DNA of 13,263 bases. Origin: Candidatus Krumholzibacteriia bacterium. Lineage in GTDB: Bacteria; Krumholzibacteriota; Krumholzibacteriia; WVZY01. The stretch covers positions 1 through 13,263 of the forward strand of contig JBHHVD010000084.1 in NCBI GenBank assembly GCA_046754105.1, in the 5' to 3' direction. The notes beneath the pieces were generated by a model. It saw nothing but the letters and a program-made list of their open reading frames with translations. It was not told where the DNA came from and did not search any database. The translations under genes were made by a program, and so were the position numbers. Shown piece after piece: positions 1 through 6,743 of this stretch; within the stretch, counting starts at the first letter, position 1; each line of letters starts with the position of its first letter.

Positions 1-14
1 TACGCCCGTAATGC

Positions 15-1085
15 CTATTCGAACGGATTGCTGAGCGTTGTGTCGTTGAGGAACGACGTGTCCGTAAACGTGTGTAGAAAGGCGACGATGTCACTCACTT
101 GCTGCGGCGTAAGCCCGAGCCCCACACCCCTCTTTCGCAGCAGCGGATCGATGGTGGGCGTCGAGAACCCGCCGGAATTATAGTGATTCACGACCTCTTC
201 CAGGGTCTGAAAACGCCCATCGTGCATGTACGGCGCCGTCAGGGTCACGTTCCGGAGGGACGGCGACTTGAACTTGCCGAAATCATTCGGGTTCTTGGTC
301 ACCTCGCCCAACCCGAGATCGACAAACGGGGAGTCGAGACCCGTATTGTGAAAGTCATTGTCTGTCAGGAGCGCGTTGGGTGGGTGACAATGAAAGCAGT
401 CACCGGCTTCGGTGTTGAACAGAAGCCTGCCTCGATCCTCCGCGGCGCTGAAACCGGCGGCCGCCGGATCTCGGGTTTCGAGCCAGCGGTCGTACCTGGA
501 GCGGTTTGACACAAACGTGCGCTCGAACTGGCCGATGGCCTGGACCACGCGCTGTTGCGTAATAACGTCGCTGCCAAAAGCGCGTCCGAAGCGGTCGGGG
601 TAATCGGGACGTGCCTGTAGCTTGGCAACGACGTTGTCCCACGTCTCTTCCATCTCCACCGGGTTTATGACCGGTTCGAACGCCTGGTCCTCCAACGTCC
701 GGGCGCGCCCGTCCCAGAACGCGGACGTCAGCCAGCCGGCGTTGGTCAGTGCGGGGGCGTTGCGGCCACCCGGCCGGCCGCTTACCCCGAGGCTGAATCG
801 GAGCGAATCGCTGAACGCGCGCCCAACCTGGTGGCAGCTGGCGCACGCCTGGCTGCTGTCCGCCGACAGGATCGGGTCGTAGAACAACCGCCGGCCGAGG
901 TCTACTCCCTGGACGGTCAGCGGATTGCCGGGCGTTACGGGCATCGCCGGAAAGCGTGGCGCGTCGATCGTCAGCGGGTCCGGCGGCGGCCAGCCGCCCG
1001 CGGTCGCCGGATCTTCCGCGCTCGAGCACGACGCGAGCAGAGCGATGCAGGCCACGAGTGGTTGGATACGCTGTTTCATAGTCAT
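15..1085 (-). CDS. Di-heme cytochrome c peroxidase-family lipoprotein (bCcP/MauG superfamily, MbnH-like), 356 aa
   Basis: Two CXXCH motifs (CASCH 831-845, CFHCH 384-398) plus family motifs LGRRLFYDPILS, RNAPAL, FWDGRARTLEDQA and FKSPSLRNVTLTAPYMHDG. The start is moved from 1265 to the ATG at 1085, which forms an ATGA overlap with the upstream stop and gives a basic/hydrophobic leader with lipobox LLASC (ATG at 1079 is an alternative). Confidence 0.9.
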   Translation of the reverse strand: MTMKQRIQPLVACIALLASCSSAEDPATAGGWPPPDPLTIDAPRFPAMPVTPGNPLTVQGVDLGRRLFYDPILSADSSQACASCHQVGRAFSDSLRFSLGVSGRPGGRNAPALTNAGWLTSAFWDGRARTLEDQAFEPVINPVEMEETWDNVVAKLQARPDYPDRFGRAFGSDVITQQRVVQAIGQFERTFVSNRSRYDRWLETRDPAAAGFSAAEDRGRLLFNTEAGDCFHCHPPNALLTDNDFHNTGLDSPFVDLGLGEVTKNPNDFGKFKSPSLRNVTLTAPYMHDGRFQTLEEVVNHYNSGGFSTPTIDPLLRKRGVGLGLTPQQVSDIVAFLHTFTDTSFLNDTTLSNPFE

Positions 1086-1942
1086 TGCCGCCGCTTGACC
1101 GGATCCGTGACCCGGTAGACGTTGGTCAATCCGTTCTCCATCAAAAGGTCCTGCGCAAAGAGGTTTACCATGATGCCCTCGGTTCCGGTGGCAAAGAACG
1201 TGCTCAGATCGAAGAGGGGATTCTCGTACCATCCGTTCACGTTCATGATCGCCTGCAATTCCCACGTATCACCGTCGACCTGAAACGGTGGGACGGGCGC
1301 ATAGACTTCGAAGAAGTGGTGAAAAGCAACACTGTCCGGGCCCTGGCCGGAGGGGTCCCCCGACATCTCGATGAAGCGCCGGCCGGTGTGGGTTCGATAC
1401 GAGACTGCCGTGGAGCCGTTGAAATACTGGCCGTTCATTTCCATATAATGGTAGCCACCGCCCCAGTTGGACGGCCATTCGAGGGCGAGCAGCGGCAGCA
1501 GTGCGTCCGTCACGTTAGTCTTGGCGTCAAGACCGAACGTAAACGACACCGCGTTGTACGTGCCGGAAGGAACGCCGGACAATGTGCGGCTCCGCGTGCC
1601 CGCGTCGTCGCTCGCGTCCCGGAAATGAACCTTGTTCGTGCCAAAGGTGCTGCCGTTCGCGTTATGCAGTCGAAGGTTGGAGACGAAATACTGCAGGAAC
1701 GACACGTTGTACGGATTGCCGGCCGCGTTGGTGTCGGGGAAATTCGTCTGGCTGCTCTGGATGACGAGCGGCGTGCCGTCGACCTCCTGGTCGAAATGGA
1801 ACACCACCGAGCCCGTGGCAGGCGAGACGGTGACCGGGTCGTCGCCCCCGCACCCCGCCGCCAGCCACGCGAAGCCGACCGCGATCAAGAGGAAACCCGC
1901 GGCTCGCATCGGCGCACGGGCCTGGTCGAGCGAACCCTTCAT
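1082..1942 (-). CDS. MbnP-like lipoprotein (partner of di-heme MbnH-type enzymes), 286 aa
   Basis: SD AAAGGAG precedes the ATG at 1942; lipobox LAAGC. Segments typical of the MbnP family as I recall it: NAAGNPYNVSFLQYFVSNLRL, VPSGTYNAVSFTFGLD, WPSNWGGGYHYMEMNG and MNVNGWY. Directly coupled to a di-heme peroxidase gene. Confidence 0.8.
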   Translation of the reverse strand: MKGSLDQARAPMRAAGFLLIAVGFAWLAAGCGGDDPVTVSPATGSVVFHFDQEVDGTPLVIQSSQTNFPDTNAAGNPYNVSFLQYFVSNLRLHNANGSTFGTNKVHFRDASDDAGTRSRTLSGVPSGTYNAVSFTFGLDAKTNVTDALLPLLALEWPSNWGGGYHYMEMNGQYFNGSTAVSYRTHTGRRFIEMSGDPSGQGPDSVAFHHFFEVYAPVPPFQVDGDTWELQAIMNVNGWYENPLFDLSTFFATGTEGIMVNLFAQDLLMENGLTNVYRVTDPVKRRQ

Positions 1943-2005
1943 TTGATTCTCCTTTGTCGAGTGACAGGCAGCGCGGGGCGCGTGGGTGGGCGCACGATCC
2001 ACATG

Positions 2006-2034
2006 AGTATAAGGCCCCGCTGGTATCCGCACAA
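2006..2034 (-). promoter_or_regulatory. Putative sigma70 promoter for the mbnP-like/mbnH-like pair
   Basis: Minus strand reads TTGTGC (2034-2029), 17 nt, TATACT (2011-2006), within a 103-nt intergenic gap. Confidence 0.6.
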
Positions 2035-2045
2035 GCCCTCCGGCC

Positions 2046-3932
2046 TCAGGGGCTGAACCTCAGAATGGTTCCGTTCTGGCCGACGGCGAACGCATGACCC
2101 GGTGCGAGCCCCCAGATGTTCTGCACGCAGTTACTCGTCAGGACCCCGATCGGCGATGTTTCGGACCAGTCGACTCCGCCGAACGACCAGATGTTGCCGA
2201 TGTCGCCGACGGCGATCACTTCGCTCGTCGAGCTTCCCCATACATCGAGCAAGTCCTGCTGGATGATGCCGAATGCCATCTGTGACAGCAGGTGGCCGTT
2301 CCAGTGCACGATGATACCGCCGCCGTGCCCCCTGGCGGGCGGGCCCACGGGTAGGGACAATCCTTCTCCGACGATGTACACATCGGTCTCCGAAGTGCCC
2401 CAAACGTCGCGGTACCAGTAGCTGGGACTGGGACCCTTGAGCAGACGCCAGGTCGTTCCATCGAAATGGGCCACCGTGCCGTTGAGCCCGACCACGAACA
2501 CGTCGCTGGCCGAGGTTCCCCAGACACCCTCCAACGGCTGCGTCGTCCCGAGCGTGTCGGTCGGGACGGTGGTCCAGCCCCCGCCGTCGTAGTGAAGCAC
2601 ACTGCCCCGGGGGCCGACGGCATAGACGTCGCGGGTCGAGCTTGCCCACACCCCGCGCAAGTCCACTACACCGGGACTCATGTCGGTCCAGTCGGCGCCG
2701 TTGTAGAAGAGGACCGTGCCGCCGTCCCCGGCCGCGTAGATCTCGGTGGCCGAAAGACCCCACACGCTGTACAGGTCGCTCGTTGTGCCGCTCGAGTCCG
2801 GGCCCCACAAATTGCCGTCGAAGTGAAGGATGGTTCCAAACTCGCCAACGGCGAATACGCTCTGCATCGTGGCACCCCAGACGCCGTACAGGGTCGACGT
2901 CTCGCCTTCGCGAGGTGACGTCCAGGCAACTCCGTCGTAATCGAGAATGACACCGGCTGACCCGACGGCGGCGACCCCAGCGCTCGAGCCGGCCCACACA
3001 CTCAGAACGTTCTCGTTGGTGAGCGCGCGGGCGTCGGTCCATTCGCTGCCGTCAAAGCGATAGATGCCGCCGAGCGCTACGGCGTACACCTCGTTGGCCG
3101 CCACCCCGCCCAGGCCGTTGATAATCTGATTGGTTGGCAGTTGAGTGGGGGACCACTGCAGGCCGTCGTAGCGGAATACGGTTCCTCCGAGACCACCGGC
3201 GAACACGACGTTACCCGAGACTCCCCAGACGTCGCGCAGGCTGCCGAGGGTCGTCTCCACCCAGTTGCTGCCGTCGTAGCTCAGGATTCCCGATGTTGCC
3301 GCGACAAAGACGGTGTCCGGTGCGGCGCCCCACACACCGTGCAGGGTCGCGGTCGACGGTGGCGAAAGCACGACCTCCCGCCAGTCTGCGCCGTTGTAAT
3401 GCAGGATGGTTCCGAACACGCCCACTGCGTAGATGTCGGTGTTTGACGAACCCCACACATCGTTCAAGGCCGGCACGCCAGGAATCGCTTCCGCGTTCCA
3501 CCCGGATCCGTCGTAGTGGAACACCGCTCCCTGCGTGCCGCCGACCTGGCCTACGGCGTAGATATCCGTCGGTGAAAACCCCCACACCCCACGCAGGGAC
3601 GCCTGCACACCACCCGGCGTGAGAGACCACGCCGTCCCGTCGAAGTGGAGTGAGGCACCGGCGTCGCCCACGGCGAACAACTCGCCACCCTGGGTGCCCC
3701 AGACGCTCCACAATGAATTGTTGCGGGCGAGGGGGCCGTCCCAGCCCCACGAGGAGGTCATCCGCCCGGGGGGGGAAGTCGGTGCGGACGAATCGCCCCC
3801 ACAGGCGGTAAGCGTTGCCGCCACCGCGAGAAGGGCAAACGTGGTTCGCAACCCGGGCGATCTTGGAACCGAGGGTCTGTGGTCACCGGTGTTTATGCGC
3901 GCTATCGATGTGATAATCTGGCCCGGTGCCAT
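2046..3932 (-). CDS. Predicted lipoprotein with 14 VWG repeats, probable double 7-bladed beta-propeller, 628 aa
   Basis: 14 repeats of about 40 aa with consensus LxxVWGxSxxDVYAVGxxGTILHYDGxxW; hydrophobic stretch ending TLTAC-GG; SD GGGAG upstream of the ATG at 3932. Confidence 0.85.
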   Translation of the reverse strand: MAPGQIITSIARINTGDHRPSVPRSPGLRTTFALLAVAATLTACGGDSSAPTSPPGRMTSSWGWDGPLARNNSLWSVWGTQGGELFAVGDAGASLHFDGTAWSLTPGGVQASLRGVWGFSPTDIYAVGQVGGTQGAVFHYDGSGWNAEAIPGVPALNDVWGSSNTDIYAVGVFGTILHYNGADWREVVLSPPSTATLHGVWGAAPDTVFVAATSGILSYDGSNWVETTLGSLRDVWGVSGNVVFAGGLGGTVFRYDGLQWSPTQLPTNQIINGLGGVAANEVYAVALGGIYRFDGSEWTDARALTNENVLSVWAGSSAGVAAVGSAGVILDYDGVAWTSPREGETSTLYGVWGATMQSVFAVGEFGTILHFDGNLWGPDSSGTTSDLYSVWGLSATEIYAAGDGGTVLFYNGADWTDMSPGVVDLRGVWASSTRDVYAVGPRGSVLHYDGGGWTTVPTDTLGTTQPLEGVWGTSASDVFVVGLNGTVAHFDGTTWRLLKGPSPSYWYRDVWGTSETDVYIVGEGLSLPVGPPARGHGGGIIVHWNGHLLSQMAFGIIQQDLLDVWGSSTSEVIAVGDIGNIWSFGGVDWSETSPIGVLTSNCVQNIWGLAPGHAFAVGQNGTILRFSP

Positions 3933-3944
3933 AAACGCTCCCGT

Positions 3945-5372
3945 TCAGCCGCGGCTCGGCCGGTAGACGTGCGTGCTTTGCCCGAAAAACACTTCCGCCG
4001 CTTCCATGAGGGTCTCGGACAGGGTGGGGTGGGGATGGATGGTCAGCTTGAGGTCGCCGATGGTGGCGGCCATCTCGATGGCGAGCGCCGCCTCGGCGAT
4101 GAGCTCGCCCGCTCCCGGGCCGACGATACCGGCGCCGAGAATACGCTCGGTTTCTGGGTCGACGATCCACCGGGTCAGGCCGTCGCCCCTGCCCAGGGTC
4201 TTCGCCCGCCCGGATGCCGCCCACGGATATTTTGCCACCTTTACCTCCTGGCCCGACGCCCGTGCCGCGGACTCGGTCAGCCCGCACCACGCCACTTCCG
4301 GGTCGGTGAAGACGACGGCCGGTATCGCCTGCGGCTCGAAGACGACGTCCTTGCCGGCGATGACCTCGACCGCGTGGCGGCCCTCGTGGGACGCCTTGTG
4401 CGCGAGCATGGGCTCGCCGGCCACGTCGCCGATGGCAAAAATGGACGGCTCGTCGGTGCGGCGACGGGAGTCGACACGCACAAAGCCCTTCTCATCCACT
4501 TCTACCCGTGTGTTTTCCAGGCCGAGATCGCCCGAATTGGGCCGACGGCCGGCGGCCACCAGTACCCTCTCGAAGAGCATCTCTTTCACCGGGGCGTTCT
4601 TCCCCTCGAAGGCCACCCTCACGCCGTTCTTCAGATCCTTGAGTCCGGTAACCGTCGTCTCCAGCATGAGCGAGTCGAAAAGCCCCTCGACGCGTTTATG
4701 AAGAGGCCGCACGAGGTCGGCGTCGGCGCCCGGCAGGAGTTGAGGCATCATCTCGACCACCGACACGCGGGAGCCCAGCGTCGCGTATACCGTCCCCAGT
4801 TCGAGCCCGATATAGCCGCCGCCGACGACGAGCAGGGAAGCAGGCACGTCGTCGAGTTCCAGCGCTGTCGTGGAATCGAGGACTCGTGGCGAGTCGAGGT
4901 TCAACGCGGGTATCACCGCCGGCCTCGAACCGGTCGCGAGGACGGCGTGCTCGAAGGTTACGGTTTCCACCGCGCCGTCGGCCGTCTCGACGGCGAGCGC
5001 GGCGGAGCCGGTGAACTTCGCGCGGCCCTGTACGTATCGTACCTTGCGCTGTTTGCAAAGCTGGCCGAGCCCGGCCGTCAGCGTCTGGACCACGCGGTCT
5101 TTCCACGCGCCCGTCTTCTTGAAATCGATCTGCGGCGCGCTGAAGGTCACACCCCAGTCCGCCGCCTCTCTCGTCTCCGAGACGACCCTGGCCACGTGCA
5201 GCAGCGCCTTCGAGGGAATGCAGCCGCGGTAGAGACAAACACCCCCCGGATTGGGGGCCGGGTCGATGAGTGCGACGCTCAGCCCGAGGTCGGCGGCGAG
5301 AAACGCCGCCGCGTATCCGCCGGGCCCGGCTCCGATAACCGCTACCTGTACCGCTCTTGATTCTGCCGCCAT
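3945..5372 (-). CDS. lpdA: Dihydrolipoyl dehydrogenase (E3), 475 aa
   Basis: GAGPGGY FAD-binding motif, GGVCLYRGCIPSK redox disulfide, GGGYIGLE NAD-binding motif and HPHPTLSE. Start placed at the ATG at 5372 behind SD GGGGAGG. Confidence 0.96.
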   Translation of the reverse strand: MAAESRAVQVAVIGAGPGGYAAAFLAADLGLSVALIDPAPNPGGVCLYRGCIPSKALLHVARVVSETREAADWGVTFSAPQIDFKKTGAWKDRVVQTLTAGLGQLCKQRKVRYVQGRAKFTGSAALAVETADGAVETVTFEHAVLATGSRPAVIPALNLDSPRVLDSTTALELDDVPASLLVVGGGYIGLELGTVYATLGSRVSVVEMMPQLLPGADADLVRPLHKRVEGLFDSLMLETTVTGLKDLKNGVRVAFEGKNAPVKEMLFERVLVAAGRRPNSGDLGLENTRVEVDEKGFVRVDSRRRTDEPSIFAIGDVAGEPMLAHKASHEGRHAVEVIAGKDVVFEPQAIPAVVFTDPEVAWCGLTESAARASGQEVKVAKYPWAASGRAKTLGRGDGLTRWIVDPETERILGAGIVGPGAGELIAEAALAIEMAATIGDLKLTIHPHPTLSETLMEAAEVFFGQSTHVYRPSRG

Positions 5373-5425
5373 GAGCCTCCCCCAGTTTCGTCCGGTGATG
5401 GTGTGTGTTGGGCCGCGCGGCGGTC

Positions 5426-6730
5426 TCAACCCTCGAGGGCCAACAGGAGCGGTTCTTCAAGGGCCTGCACGATCCAGCGCAGGAAGCGCGCCGCGTCGGC
5501 CCCATCGATGATCCGGTGATCGTACGATACCGAGAGCGGCAGCATCAGCCGCGGCTCGAACCGGCCGTCCGCGTATACCGGCTCGATTCGGCTGCGCGCC
5601 ACGCCCATGATGGCGACCTGCGGCGCGTAGACGATGGGTGAGAAATTCGTACCGCCGATGCCGCCGAGATTGGAAATCGTAAAGGTTCCCCCGTCCATCT
5701 CCTCCAGCGTGAGCTTCTTGTTTCGGGCCCGCTCGGCCAGGTCGTTGAGTTCGGTCGAGAGCTCGGCGATGTTCTTTGCGTCCACCGATCGCACCACGGG
5801 GACCAGCAGCCCGCGATCCGTATCGACGGCTACACCGAGGTGGTAGTACCGCTTGAGAATAACTTCGTTCTTGTCCGCGTCGATGCTGGAGTTGAACTGC
5901 GGGAACACCTTGAGCGCCGATGCGGCCACCTTGAGCAGGATGGCGGTCATGGTCAGCTTGCCGCCGCTGGGTTCGATCTTCTTGTTGTACTGCTTGCGGA
6001 TCGCTTCCATCTCGGTGATATCGACCTTGTCGTATTGGGTGACGTGGGGAATCGTCGTCCACGCGTGGCTCATGGCGCGCGCCGTGACCTGCCGTACCTT
6101 CGACATCGGCTCCCTGACGATCGGCCCCCACTTCGTGTTTTCCGTCGCCCCGTTCGCGGCCGTTTTCGGAGTGGCCGCGCTGGAGCCCGCCACGACGTTT
6201 CTCGCGTACGTGGTCAGGTCGTCCTTGAGGATGCGGCCGCCGGGTCCCGATCCAGACACGTCGTGGATGTCGACCCCGAGCTCCCTGGCCAGCCGCCTCA
6301 GGGAAGGTGACGCGGCCGCGATCGCTCCGGTAGCGCTTGCTTCAGCCACCTGTGGCGCGGGAGTCGTCGATGCGGTGGGTGCAGGCGCCTCGGGCCGGAT
6401 CGGCGTCGGTGCCGGGTGCTCGGCGCGAACGGCGGGTGTCTCCCTTTTTGGTACATCGGGACGTTTCTTCGGCGTCCTGGACTCTTCCTTCGCGGCGGTG
6501 TCGATCTTGACGATCACCTGGTCGATCTTGATCGTCTCCCCCTCGCTGACCAGTATTTCCGTGACCGTTCCGGCATAGGGCGAGGGGACTTCCAGTACCG
6601 CCTTGTCCGTTTCGAGCTCGACGAGCGGCTGGTCCGCGGCGACCTCATCGCCTTGCGCGACCATCACCTTTATTACATCACCCGTTTCCACATTCTCGGC
6701 GATTTCCGGTAGCCGGACCTCTTTGATCAT
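5426..6730 (-). CDS. aceF: Dihydrolipoamide acetyltransferase (PDH E2) with a single lipoyl domain
   Basis: Lipoyl motif ETDKA, Pro/Ala linker, subunit-binding domain ASPSLRRLARELGVD...GSGPGGRI, and catalytic DHRIIDG. The ATG at 6730 is preferred over the GTG at 6733 on spacing from SD AGAGG. Confidence 0.94.
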   Translation of the reverse strand: MIKEVRLPEIAENVETGDVIKVMVAQGDEVAADQPLVELETDKAVLEVPSPYAGTVTEILVSEGETIKIDQVIVKIDTAAKEESRTPKKRPDVPKRETPAVRAEHPAPTPIRPEAPAPTASTTPAPQVAEASATGAIAAASPSLRRLARELGVDIHDVSGSGPGGRILKDDLTTYARNVVAGSSAATPKTAANGATENTKWGPIVREPMSKVRQVTARAMSHAWTTIPHVTQYDKVDITEMEAIRKQYNKKIEPSGGKLTMTAILLKVAASALKVFPQFNSSIDADKNEVILKRYYHLGVAVDTDRGLLVPVVRSVDAKNIAELSTELNDLAERARNKKLTLEEMDGGTFTISNLGGIGGTNFSPIVYAPQVAIMGVARSRIEPVYADGRFEPRLMLPLSVSYDHRIIDGADAARFLRWIVQALEEPLLLALEG

Positions 6731-6743
6731 CACTGCCTCTCTG

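Noticed and set aside
1086..1265. 60-aa N-terminal extension of the di-heme enzyme in the ORF track
   Set aside because: It overlaps the upstream gene in another frame; the signal peptide begins at 1085.
15..1942. Methanobactin biosynthetic cluster
   Set aside because: No mbnA precursor, mbnB, mbnC or TonB-dependent transporter in the window; MbnP/H-like pairs also occur independently.
1085..2056. 323-aa plus-strand ORF
   Set aside because: Antisense to the MbnP-like gene, which has an SD, a lipobox and family motifs.
2046..3760. CRISPR or DNA tandem repeat suggested by recurring CCCCACAC/CCCCAGAC
   Set aside because: These encode the VWG protein repeat; the units are degenerate and in frame.
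3879..5360. 493-aa plus-strand ORF
   Set aside because: Antisense shadow of lpdA caused by GC-rich codon bias; no recognisable motifs.
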